A DNA stretch of 64,000 nucleotides, from contig JARFYF010000104.1 of the NCBI GenBank assembly GCA_030265395.1, positions 79,560,013 through 79,624,012 on the forward strand, written 5' to 3'. Every line of letters begins with the position of its first letter. Within the stretch, counting starts at the first letter, position 1. This DNA is from Rhina ancylostomus (lineage: Eukaryota). The notes below the pieces were generated by a model. It was not told the origin of the DNA, did no database searches, and saw only the letters and a list, made by a program, of their open reading frames with translations. The position numbers and the translations under genes are program-made. Below are positions 52,424-64,000 of this stretch, piece after piece.

Positions 52424-53018
52424 TAATAAATAAACCATTTACTTTTTAAAATAAAAATGACAAAATTATCAAGATCAAGGTTTTATCTGCCTTTCATACT
52501 TGCAAAGAACCGCCATAACTGATCACCAGTGAGGAGTCCCAAAAATAATTCTGTACAAGAGCAAAGGCATTGTGTAATAATAGCAATATGGCAATAAGCT
52601 TCTAACAGATCAGAAAGGAATACTTTTTTCTATAACAGTGTACATTGTAAGTCTAAGTGGACCCACACTCTCTTACTGCTATGACAGTGACAGAAATGGG
52701 CCATTATCTTTGTGTAGTCTGTATGTCAGAATTCTTGGCATCAACACTCTGCGATGTGAAGTGCCCTGTGATCTGATAGATCGATATTTCATAGCAGAAT
52801 TCAAAAGGTGTGTGACAGTATGACAGAATAAAGCTGAAATATGTATTGAGGGTTGAAACCTATGATGTATTTAACAGGCTAAATATCGTTGAGGGCAACT
52901 CAGCGTAAAAGCTCATTTACACATGCTAGAAAGGAACTCCCATTGCAGCACACACTTACGCAACCTTGATTTATGAGGCGAGATGCTTCCTCAAAACAAA
53001 AACATTTTGTAAGTTTAC

Positions 53019-53123
53019 CTGGAGGTAGGCTTCCAAACCATGACGTCGCTGTTCTAACACTTTAGGTACCCAGTTCCTCACGTGCTTTGAAGGCATTTCA
53101 GGCGCTTTGATGCTTTTCTTCAG
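53019..53123 (-). CDS. SNX24: SNX24 internal coding exon (exon 3 equivalent), PX domain
   Basis: ttcttctgaaaag|CTG AAG AAA...CTC CAG|gtaaac. 105 nt, phase 0/0, LKKSIKAPEMPSKHVRNWVPKVLEQRRHGLEAYLQ (PX proline loop and the RRxGLExYLQ helix). Confidence 0.96.
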
Positions 53124-55222
53124 CTTTTCAGAAGAAATTGAGTCATAATTAACAAAAATCAAAGCCAATTTGATACTTGTCAACACACCAGTCTAATATA
53201 CTTCTTCCTATTTAGTTAATAGGTTTTGCAGAATAACGTAAGCAAATTACCTAATAGAGGATTTTTTCCCCCACAGCACAAATAGGAAGTTAAATGTAGG
53301 TGGATTTTTCTAGATCAGCTGCAATTGCAGAAAGTGAGTTGTTCACTTTGACCAATTTCCGGTCAGCTTTCAGTCATCTGCTATTTTACGACATGTCATG
53401 CTTAAATTCAAACCAGTTTGATGATTTTAAAAAAGGTATTTCAAAAGCAGACAGAAGATAAGCCAGAAGCAAAGCAACAGTGGTACTGATGGTTTAAATT
53501 AATCTTCAAAGTGCCTTGGCAAAGTTATCACAAAAAAGCTTGACATAAAGAACAAATAAAATAAGGGGAATTTATGATAACAGCAAAGAAATAGTTGTAA
53601 CACTGAAAGCCAATAGTTGGGGTACAGTGAAGATTTTCAGATTGGCAAGATGCGATGAATGGTATTTCACAGGGCCCATTGTTTGTTTCATACTTCAGGT
53701 ATATAAAGTGCAGCTGAATTCAGGAATTGAAAGGAAACAGTATTAAAGCATGCCAAAAGCACGAAATTAGAAAGCTTAACATATGCTGAAATTAATAAAG
53801 GAAAGCAGGATAAAAAAAGCTAATGGTGAATATACTGTAGAGAAATATTACATGATCCATTCTGTGATTGAGAAAGGGGAAACACTTAAAAATGTTAAGA
53901 CCAAAACAAAAGAGGCACACGAGGTTTGTGGTGTGCAAGTACGATGGTAACAAAGGAAAGTTGTGACATCCTCTATCTCAGCCATCACCACCCAATTTCC
54001 ACTTGCAAAAATCCACCCCAATGTTTCAGCAAATTGCTGTGCATTTTTTGGCTGATAAAATGGACAGACTTTCTGTTTTTCATCACTTGAAGTGTGCTGT
54101 AAAAAGATGCAAGATTGTTTGATTGGCAGTTGTTAAAACTCAAAACATACATTCCAACCACGCTTACCCCCAACTTTCTATTCACAATTATTTCAGCACT
54201 GCATGTCCTTAAGAAATGTGAAATACTGGAATTGGTGCCTCAAAAACAAAGAGTAGTCCACTGGGGATTGAATAGTGCACATCTTTCAACTTTGACATCA
54301 GGGTTCAAATCCAGCCCTGATGAGTGAATTAAATTGCATTTTCTTTGCCAGCTACAAAGGCCTAACAGAATTTATACAGTGCCTAGTGGAAAAGGTTCAC
54401 AGAACAAAATTAACCACAATTTGACACAAACTGTAAATCATAAACTTTGATAATGTAGGAAGAATTTATAAAGATGCAGTAATGGGTTCTCAGCTGAGGT
54501 TGTGGTTAAGACACATTGCTGGGGTTTTGAAGAGGAAATACTCCCCTGCAAGCTGTTTATTTGACTATTTCAAGGGTTCTATCTGTGCTTACCGTGACTA
54601 GGAGCGAGAAAAATTAAAGTATAGAATACCTCTAAGGAATAAATTTAAGCCAACTCTGATTATACAGTACTACCAACTGACAAAACTGTGCAAAATACTT
54701 TCAACAGTGGGGGGTTTCCATCCCTGCTGTGCGATGAGTAAATCTGACTGCCTTAACAAGGTAGCAGAGATAGTAGATCTTCAAAAATATGGTTCTGTGC
54801 AGCATAGTGTATAAACGGCTGTATTGTGCAGTGATTAATTGGGACTATGGCCAACCAAAGTGTTACAAATGTTGTACTCAGCATCAGCTCAGAAAACAGC
54901 ATTTGTGAACAATATTTTGTTGCAGAATCCTTCCATCAACAGCGGTCAAGGAGTCATCATTGCAGCTGCTTTATTCTATGATAGTACTGCCAGGTGAGTA
55001 ATGAACTCTTCAGATGAATGGAGGCAAATTCAAGACAATTCAAGCTTCCAGCAAAACCTGGCTGCTTACAAAGGTAAATACTCTAAGGATGTCCCTTCAG
55101 CTGATGATTAACAATCCCACTTGTTCTGTGGACCTATAGCAGTAACCTACAGCGAGTAGATATTGGGTTGGGCAGAGTTTGGGTGGGGGTGGTGGAAGAT
55201 GTGGAGTAATGAAAGAAATTAC

Positions 55223-55306
55223 CTTTTTATGCAGTGCATGAAATTCACTGTACCGTTTCTCTACAAAGTGCTTCCTTCCACTCATGAGTACTTCAATTTT
55301 AAATAC
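55223..55306 (-). CDS. SNX24: Sorting nexin 24, internal coding exon (equivalent to human exon 2), PX domain N-terminal part
   Basis: Minus strand reads tttttttgtag|GTA TTT AAA...CAT AAA AAG|gtaatt. 84 nt, phase 0/0, translating to [28 protein letters not shown]. Contains the PX-domain RYSEF motif and nearly matches recalled human SNX24; SNX22 is much more divergent here. Confidence 0.96.
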
Positions 55307-58002
55307 CTACAAAAAAAACAATTAAAAACATGTTAAATAAAACTGAACAATAAAAAAGTCTTCAATGACACATAATGAAGCACTGACTCACGATAACATT
55401 GACAAAAGCTCAATTACCAAGTTTATTCAACAGAAATTATAGTTTTATTTATTTTTAAACTTTGTCAGCTTTGGCACACTGGCAAATCAGTGAAAATTAG
55501 CTTAGAATTAAACTGCCTAACCAACCTTAGACAGAAAAAAAGGTTAGAAATGTGAATTTAGAAGTGAATAAAAATTAATTTTGTCACTTAAGAAACATTT
55601 TTCCATTCTTTCTTTCAGATGATCAACCTGCAATGCAACAACATTTTTGTATATTTGAGATTTCTAACACTTATAGTTTGCTTCAAATTAGCTTACAGAG
55701 CACAGAGCTAGGACGTAAGTTTACAATTTTGTGGTTCTATGCAAAAAACACAGATACTGTTAAGATAACAGAAACCATTAAGACCTTACAAGTATTGCAG
55801 AGGTATGAAACCACTCCTGCTGCAAGCTAATTTTCTTCTAACCTACACATATATTAATTTAAAAAAAATCTCAGCTGGAAATTTTCAATCTGTTGTAGCA
55901 CAATGAAGGATAGCAAAAGTTCACTTCCATTACAAGACAAATATGACAGGTTCTATTGCTTTCACTGGCCTGCGGAAGGTCAAAAGGCCAGAATATCAAG
56001 CCTCTGGGTGTGCTAATTAATACCCTGCACAGTGTCACTGCCTGAATCTAGGGTCACTGAATTCGTCTGGAAAATGGATGATAAAGAACATAGGAGAAAG
56101 CAGCCATCAAAGCACAGGTACTCAGTACCGGAGCTACAAAATGAATAGCACACATCTTTATTTTGAAAAAGATTTAGAAATAGGATTCAAGTATTTTTGT
56201 TTTTCAGCAAAGAAACATTTAGAGACCAAGGGGAAACAGTTCAAGCAGATGAATAACTTGATCCACTTTATCTCTTACACAATAGCAATTGTTTTGACTA
56301 ATATTTTATAACAGCATTAAAAGCCATTATATTTCAATAAAAAAGTCTGGAACATGCAAAAAGAAAATACAGAAATTACAAATAAAAGATAAGTTTGAAC
56401 ACTTCATCATACATACAAAAATCAGCTGTAGAAATACAAAATGGATTTAAAATAACAAAATGTTAAAAATATTTTAAGTACAAATGGCTTGCCATTTACA
56501 TTAATGCTCTTTGTATTTTTGTTGTTTAATTACACTTACTTGTGGTCTAAATTTAAATCTCCCAACAATAAGAAATACAGAAGATCTTGGTTTATTTTTG
56601 AGTTCTATGAGCCACCTGCACATTTAGTTAGAATCTAACAAAGCCCAACTTAGAGAATTCCTCAATTTTTAAAAGTAAAATTTTTCTAAAAGTTTCAGCA
56701 AATTAGTGCTGTAGAAGTAAATTGTTGGTGAAGCACAAACTAAGTAGTTTAGCTTGCTCCTTCCAAAGTAAAATAAAAAAAATCACAAGCCATTCCCAAG
56801 ATACTTAAGAGGATGAGATCACCAGCATTCTGTGCAAAGTATATGATCATGAAAGTATACATTAAGGAATCTGAAAAACAACAATTATACATTCCTTCAT
56901 AAAAAACATCTGTAATCTGCTCCATCAGATTTTATCCAACCTATATGTTCTCCAGAGAAATGGTATATTGGCATAATTTTTGATCCTGTTCAGAGGTGAG
57001 GCTCATCAGTCCCACTGATCAGTGGAGAAGTGGACTGCAGAAGATGAGCAACATCTTGTAAATTCCTATCCATTTGGTTTGTTAGTTTCATCAAAGTGCT
57101 GACAAAATGTTTGGATGGCTGACAGTTAAATTTCCACAAAAGCTACTAAAACTAGCAATGCAAGCCCTACTCTGCAGAAGCCCATTTGAAGCTGGCAATA
57201 AGATCTGTTGAAGAGTGAGGATGGCATGCCAAATGACATCAGGCAGGAGGAAAGCAGCCAGGTTTAGAATTTTGGTGCAAAATTCCTGAGCAAGCCTCCA
57301 ATATCTGTTATTAGCTCATTGGATGAGAAAGAGAGATTTCTTTTCATAGTTGGATTCCTGAAGTCTTCATCTCTGTTCTGCAGGTAAGGAGGAGATGACC
57401 CCTATGACCACATGGGATACCTCTGTTCTCTACTCGCATCTGTTCAGGAGCTATTTTAGTCAGGAAACGTTCTGAAACATTCCCTGATCTAGCTATAGTA
57501 CCAATCTCCATCTGGTATTTGGAATGGTCAAAGCAGTTGATGATACCTCCTCAAGAGGATTCCCCTCCTCCACAATGCATTCTTCTGTGGAAGAGTTCAA
57601 GGACCAAAGTTGGGATGTCATGAGCAGGCTGCACAGTAGTGGGCAACAGCTCATAGCAGATCACAACGTTCAAAAACTGGCTGGATCTGCTATGAGGTAC
57701 ACTAAGGAAGCATCCTCTGCAGATAAGCATCAATTCAGTTCTCCATTACAGACTGCTCTAGAGGGGTCACTAATGTTGGGAACTTGCTGCTTCAACGAGG
57801 AGAGAACTATACTGTTATATTGCCTCCCCGGCCTCCCATTGTGCTATGCACCATTTTCTGTTGCAGATAAGAGTTAAACGCTGCAAATGTGAAAAGAGTT
57901 GAGGTGATTCATTCTTGGTACACAGTCAAACAGAGAATCTACATAAAAGCACAGCTGTTTACAGGTTACCCAAGACTTTAATCAGGTTATCTATCATCTG
58001 CA

Positions 58003-58172
58003 AGAGACCACAGATGCTGGAACCTGGAACAAAAAACAAACTGCTGCAGCAACCCAACAGGTCGAACAGCATCAGGACTGATGCAGGGTCTCAAGCTAAT
58101 CATCGACAATTCCTTACCCCTCCCACAGATGTTGCTCGACCTGCTGAATTCCTCCAGCAGTCTGCTTTTTGC
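58003..58172. mobile_element. Penelope-type fold-back element
   Basis: 'cagatgctggaacctggaac...ctgatgcagggtctc...gacctgctgaattcctccagcag', with inverted arms. Confidence 0.7.
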
Positions 58173-58177
58173 TATCT

Positions 58178-58330
58178 ATTCATTTACGTCATTGCGTTTT
58201 GCAGAATCTGTTTGCATTTAATTGCCATACTTCCCACAATAATGAGTACATTTCAGAACTACTTCATTGGCTGTGAAGTTGGGATATTGAGACCATGAAA
58301 AATAGTTTATAATTACAAGTATTTTCTTTC
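58178..58330 (+). mobile_element. Deu-type SINE 3' part
   Basis: 'tacatttcagaactacttcattggctgtgaag...gggatattgagaccatgaaa'. Confidence 0.55.
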
Positions 58331-58599
58331 TTCGGCAGGTTTTGAATGGAAAGTAAGTGGCCGGGATGAGAAGGGAGGAAACCATCGGGGGATTCGTTTC
58401 ACAATAGCCATTTTGTGACAATAGAGACTGCTGTGAAGGCAACAAAATGGGAAAGTGATCTGTGTATTGAGGATGAGGAGTGGCGTCATTTGCCACTGTG
58501 ATACAGGGAAGGGAATGATTCATTGTTAGGCTTGTGAGTGGAGAGCAATATTACCTAGTGGTTTTGAGAGATGATTGAACGAGGATACCTACTCAAAGC

Positions 58600-58992
58600 A
58601 GGCAGCATAATCAAAGCCCCCACCCACCCAGGTCATTCTCTCCTCTCCTCTTCCATCAGGTAGAAGATACAGGAGCCTGAGGGCACGTACCACCAGGCTT
58701 AAGGACAGCTTCTAAGCTACTGTGATAAGACTATTGAACGGTTCCCTTGTACGATGAGATGGACTCTAACCTTATGATCTATCTTGTTGCGACCTTGCAC
58801 CTTATTGCACTGCACCTTCTCTGTAGCTGTGACACTTTATACTGTTATTGCTTTTACCTATACTACCTCAATGCACTCTGTACTAACTCAATGTAACTAC
58901 ACTGTGTAATGAATTGACCTGTACGATCAGTATGCAAGACAAGTTTTTCACTGTGCCTTGGTACAAGTGACAATAATAAGCCAATATACCAA
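58600..58992 (+). mobile_element. Rex1/Babar-like LINE 3' end
   Basis: Colinear with 37165-37553 (IIKAPTHPGHSL...PSGRRYRSL, TTRLKDSF). Confidence 0.85.
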
Positions 58993-59029
58993 ATACTTCT
59001 CCCTGGTCATTAAAACATTTCCTGCACAT

Positions 59030-59177
59030 GTCTTGGAGTTCACCATCTCAGCAACCGCTCTCCAGGCCGAGAAATGATCCACTTTGGATTACTTATTTCC
59101 ACTGGTGAGAAGCCGAAGTCTCTTGTTTTCACCAAGTTTTCTAGTGAAGCATTGGAGAATTTCAGATTTGCTCTTGC
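59030..59177 (-). mobile_element. Harbinger-associated Myb/SANT-like ORF relic
   Basis: Reverse complement gives 'RANLKFSNASLENLVK' and, after a frameshift, 'AWRAVAEMVNS', a MSANTD/NAIF1-type pattern. Confidence 0.4.
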
Positions 59178-59409
59178 ACAACAATGAATATTTTAGGAAT
59201 AAAAGGTAACAACAGTAGAATACATGCAACTGTTAAGAATCACATTCCCTCTTTAAATGAGCCTTTGGAGGCCACTGGAATGTACATCCTAGAAGCAGGG
59301 AACTGTTCATTCCCAACATATCAAGCATGAATTAAATTTAAAGAGAGATCACGAGCTAAACTTCTGGATGAAAGGGTTTGTTTTACTAAGGTACATCTGA
59401 ACAGGTTGG

Positions 59410-59810
59410 CCTTATACCCACTGGGAGGTCAGAAGAATGAGAGGTGATCTCATTGAAACGCAAGATTCTGGGTGGGAGGGGGGAAGCTTTATAGGGTTAA
59501 TGCTGAGGAGGTTTTTTCCTTTATGGGGAAAACTAGACCTAATTCCAGAATAAGGAATTGCCCATTTGAGATGGAAATGACAACAAGCTCTTTTTCCTTC
59601 CTCTGAGGGTTTAAATCTTTCGAATTCTCTACACGAAACGGCTGCTGAACATATTCTAAAACAGATTTTTGGCATCAAGCTTCATGGAAAATCAAGTGCT
59701 ACCGGGATCAGGTAGAAAAGTGGAGTTGAGACCAAGATCAGATAAACCATAGTTTTATTGACTGGCAGAGAAGACCTGAGAGACTGTAGGACTCACTCTG
59801 CTCCCGTGTC
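59410..59810 (+). mobile_element. CR1 3' fragment
   Basis: 'agaagaatgagaggtgatctcattgaaac' (RRMRGDLIE) plus tail. Confidence 0.8.
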
Positions 59811-61044
59811 CTTGTGATGCTATAGGCTGAGCCGGCAAACAAGTTTTGCATTTGTCCCATCCTCATTTGCTGCAACTAATTCAGAGTTAAAATCCATTTC
59901 ATTGTTTAACTTAAATGGAATAACAGAATTTTAAACAAATAGTGCACCACTTATTTTAGCACTCATTTCTGAATTAATCTAACACATCAATGACATTATA
60001 AAGATATTGAGTTCGACACACAATAACCCTAGATATACTCCCATGCCTGCAGACATTTTATTAATATTTTAAACACATTTGCTGAGAACTTTGAGTAAAT
60101 GGACAAGAACCACATTTAAACCTCAGTCACTAAGTATACATTTAAAGTTTCTTTCTCTTGTATGTATGATCTTACGTTTGTCAAATCCTACCCTATCCAT
60201 TTAATCTGTTCACTTCTGTCATGGTGTTATTAATCCTCCTTGCACTCGACATCGAGTAACAAAGCTTGGGCTTGGATAAAGGATATGTTACCAGAAATTA
60301 ACTCCACAATATCAATTACAAATAGTTTATTAAACAACTAGAATGGTCCTGCAAAATGTCTCCAATCACTTTCTTCCACCCCCTCCCACAACCACAGTAA
60401 TTCTGGCTTAGGCTCAATCCACTTTATTAACCATCTTCAGTTGTACTGCCGCAGCAGTGATCAATCCAATGAAAGCAAAATTCAGTGATCTTAAAAATCC
60501 CATTAAAATAAAAGACAAACTTCTAATGATTGACTGAAAATTGAATAAAATCATAATCTTTAATTTGAAGTATAGATGCAGTTATGTGGCACCTCAAAAT
60601 ACAAAATGATAAATTTATATGGACTGCAGCTCTTTTTCCCCTCACTTCCCTTCCCTCCTCAATACACAAAGGGGCTTCATACCGACAAGTAGGTTTTTAG
60701 ATCCGCTCCACTCAAGAGATTACCAGGGATCAGCTATTCTTTGATGGCACTGCTGATGTCTCCTATTATTTTACAGATGAATACAAGAAAGCTCATAACC
60801 AACTCTTATTCACTCATTATCCCTGAACAAACTGACCTATACTGGCTCTTGAATATCACCACTTTAAAATTCTCAGCCTTGTTCTAATTCCTCCATTGCC
60901 TTTTCCCTTCTCCTCTTTAAACGATTAAAGATTCCTGCAGTCCTCCAATTCTGGCCTCTTTTAATGTCATCCTTAAAACCACTCTATATATTGGTCCAAG
61001 CATTTTATCATATGTCCAGGGCTTATGTGATTCCAAGGCTCTTC

Positions 61045-61820
61045 TATAAGAACATAAAATAAAAATGAGAAGAAATGAAGGCCATTCAGCCCTTTCTCCT
61101 TGCCCCACCATTCAATGTGGCCAATTTATTTACCTTTGCACCACCTCCCTAAACTCAGATCCCTTGATTCCCTTAATATTCAAAGATTCTTTCATGTCTG
61201 TTTTGCATATACTCAGTTACTGAGCCTCCAAAGCCCTCTTGGGTAGAGAATTCTTTCTAGACCTGTTATTTCCCACTTTTACCAGCAGATTTTTCTTAAT
61301 ATAATCTTCTGTGAAACCAGTCCTGAAATATTTATTTCATTGCCATATCCTTAATCCCTAATATAATTTCTCATCTTTTCCTTTGTAAAGGGCCCATGAA
61401 ACTTTGCCTAATCTTTTTCTTTTTACTTATCTATAGAAGCCTTTCCAGTTGGTGCTTATGTTTCTTGCTGGGTTACTGTTGTATTCTGCTTTCCCTTTCC
61501 TTATCATCTCTTTTGCTGAATTCTGAGACTATTCCAATCCTTAGGCTCACTGGGCTTTTGGCAATATTATAACCCCTTTTCCTTTCATCAATTACTAGCA
61601 AGTTTTTTTTGTTTGATATGTTTGGACCACTTTTCCTACATGCTTTATGTCCCTTAAAAGGATATGTAGTTGTTATAACCTTTAAATGTTAATTCTTTAA
61701 GCATGAGCTGCTTCTTGTCTACGGTCATACTTTTTGATGTTGTTTCCTAATACACCATTGCCAACTTAACATCTTATATCTTCATCGTTTGTTTTGCTTA
61801 GATTTAAGACCCAGGTTTCA
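61045..61820 (-). mobile_element. CR1 fragments (3' tail and upstream ORF2 remnants)
   Basis: 'ataagaacataa...ggccattcagccc' tail followed by degenerate pyrimidine-rich CR1 antisense sequence. Confidence 0.6.
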
Positions 61821-63223
61821 GTGCTTGAAGTTAATGAGAAATGTTAATAACTCCTCCAACTGCAGCTTGTGCAGAATTGGCTTCCAGTACTAACCTCCAT
61901 CATATTCACTTAGATAATTCAACAAAATGCGGCTTAGGTAGCATCTGAAGAATAACAAGAGTAACATAAATAAGATCTAGGAAACTGGCTATTACCAAGT
62001 CATTATCACTCGATTTCTGTCTTTTTTAAAGAAGAACTCATTTCCTGTACTTTTACATATATTGTGAAAATAATAAATCCATTTATATAGTGTCATTATA
62101 GAAACATTGATACACCATGGGGATATTCCTTTACTGTCTTATCGTACATCAAAGGTATATCCCCATTTATTCTCTGCCTACAATCAGAATCCAAGAATCC
62201 TTAACCTTATCCAAAGTCATGCATGAAATGTCAGATGAAGGCCCTCAGGTATAAGTTAGAGTCCAGAATGGACAGCAACACAGTATGAATCACTGTCATT
62301 CCAAAATGTAGGATCAGCAGTTCCAAACCTCTTCTATGTGGACATCCAAAAACGGAAAAAAGCTGTTCCAAGAGATTTAGTATTGATTTTTTTCTGAACA
62401 AAGAGACTTTCTCTGGTTACATGATACATCATAATCAGGTAATTTGTACTAGTGTTTCACCAGCTGAAGAATACCACACTCAAAAAATATGTTGACTTGC
62501 AAAAAAGTGCAGAATTTTTCAGAGAGGATTTTAACAAAAACAGAAAAACCTTTCCTGAAAAGATCAAATGTCAGCTTTTTTGTTGGAACTATTATTGTGC
62601 AATATGTTACAGCATAGTACAATATTCTAATCAATCAGCATTGACCTCTTACCTCCCACACCTCCTCCTAGGGTTGTATATAATTAGAAGCAATGTGCTC
62701 TCTAAAGTGAATTGGTCTTACTGTACTGTATCTGGTTTAAAAAAAATTACACTTCCAATCAAAAATCAATAGGATCTTGACCCAACATACACAGACATCC
62801 TAAACAGTGCCAAGAAAAACCAATTAAATAGAAAGACTGCCTGAATGAGACAGTAAAACAAATCTAAAATACATCATAACTGGAAGATATTGTATAACTA
62901 AAGCAACACCAAAACAGAAATGGTATCTCCAATCGTTTCAATTTTAAAAAAATTCTCCACCATGGATGAATTTACTCCTAACACCACCATCACTCCCCAG
63001 TAAAAACACCCACTGCCACCACCTCCCAATTTATGAAAACTATTGGAGAATTTTTTTTGTCTCATTGGTCAGTTTATGTTAATGGACATTCAAACACCCA
63101 ACATTATGAAAAAAAGAAACAGACAGAACAAAATGAAGGAGTTTATAATAGAATTAAACAGAATCAAAGTGAAATGGTGAAAGTAAATTAGAAGCAGTGA
63201 TAACAAACAACTAAAAATCCAAA

Positions 63224-63312
63224 ATATTTCCAAATATTACCCTTTTAACAGCATACAGCAATGGGTCATATTTCCAAATATAACCCTTTTAACAACACAC
63301 AATAATGGGTCA
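63224..63312. repeat. 44-bp tandem duplication
   Basis: 'atatttccaaatat(t/a)acccttttaaca..a.aca..aatgggtc' x2. Confidence 0.85.
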
Positions 63313-63635
63313 GATATCAATTTTTGTACACAACTAAAAAGACCAAGGATAGGGTCAGAAGACCTCTACCACAAGAACAAAGCACATTTTAAACAAAGTG
63401 ATTTCTTCTCACAAATGTAGGCCACAGTTTACACAGCTATACAATATGCAGCTAGATAAGAGGAAAACTGCGGAAATATGAAATGTATTATGAAGAGAAA
63501 AGTATATATTTTTTTACTTGACCGAAGACCAGGAAAAGAANNNNNNNNNNACAGCTTCATAAAAATTATTTGTCAAAAAATTGAATTAATTTACATCCAC
63601 ATTTTTGTGCAAATCAAACACAGATGGAATTAAAA

Positions 63636-63850
63636 CCTGCTGGAGGAGCTCAGCAGATCAGGCAGCATCTGTGGAGGGAGATGAATAGTCGACGTTTTGG
63701 GTTGAAACCCTTCATCTGGCTTCATCAGTCCAGATGAAGAGTCTTACATCAACTGTCCACCTCCCTCCGGAGATGCTGCCTGACCCGCTAAGTTCCTGCA
63801 GCAGTTTGCTTTTTGCTCCAGATTCCAGTATCTACAGTCCTTTGAGTATC
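63636..63850. mobile_element. Penelope-type fold-back element with two inverted decayed hammerhead-like cores
   Basis: Arms 'ctgctggaggagctcagcagatcaggcagcatct' and 'agatgctgcctgacccgctaagttcctgcagcag'. Minus-strand core CCAGATGAAGGGTTTCAACCCAAAACGTCGACT. Confidence 0.7.
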
Positions 63851-64000
63851 CCTAAATCAAGTTAACCTAGAGTCAGATTATCTTAGTTATTAATTCTGTG
63901 CAAAATGGTGCCTATTTGGCTACTGGATTGGGTACCTCCGTTTATTCTGTTAGCAAGGTTTATGTGTACCTAATGACATTAGCTTTCACACAATTCCAAC

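Larger units (their letters stand above)
57550..58560 (-). mobile_element. Possible highly decayed PIF/Harbinger transposase relic with nested younger inserts
   Basis: Faint minus-strand remnants ('IIPFP', 'RQYN', 'LKQQ') in Harbinger order, plus the Myb-like relic at 59030-59177. Recognition is weak. Confidence 0.3.

Noticed and set aside
55307-64000. Search for SNX24 first coding exon and promoter
   Set aside because: No MEVYIPSF-like coding sequence or CpG island seen; probably upstream of the window.

Overview
This is AT-rich, repeat-laden vertebrate genomic DNA with many short N gaps. The repeat content (V-SINEs, Deu-type SINEs, CR1, L2 and Rex1 LINE fragments, palindromic Penelope-type elements) points to a cartilaginous fish, probably a batoid; that assignment is an inference. 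The one securely identified gene is SNX24 (sorting nexin 24) on the minus strand. Five internal coding exons are present (55223-55306, 53019-53123, 9484-9578, 7063-7095, 5508-5572). All have canonical AG/GT ends and splice in frame to [28 protein letters not shown]|LKKSIKAPEMPSKHVRNWVPKVLEQRRHGLEAYLQ|TILIENEELPKIFLDFLNIRHLPSLPKIESCG|SIEDYESEEFS|KLSHQPVLLFLRDPFILPTAT. The first and last coding exons were not found. Three unexplained signals stand out. (1) A GC/CpG-rich, stop-free, splice-site-bounded plus-strand exon candidate (37570-37973) lies inside the 43-kb intron, with a phase-compatible upstream candidate (31539-31616), suggesting a nested antisense gene. (2) A dispersed family of fold-back elements carries minimal type I hammerhead-ribozyme-like cores. 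(3) A 59-nt minus-strand exon candidate (23718-23776) has the same phases as SNX24 exon 4. Repeat boundaries are approximate and family names come from recalled consensus motifs, not database searches.
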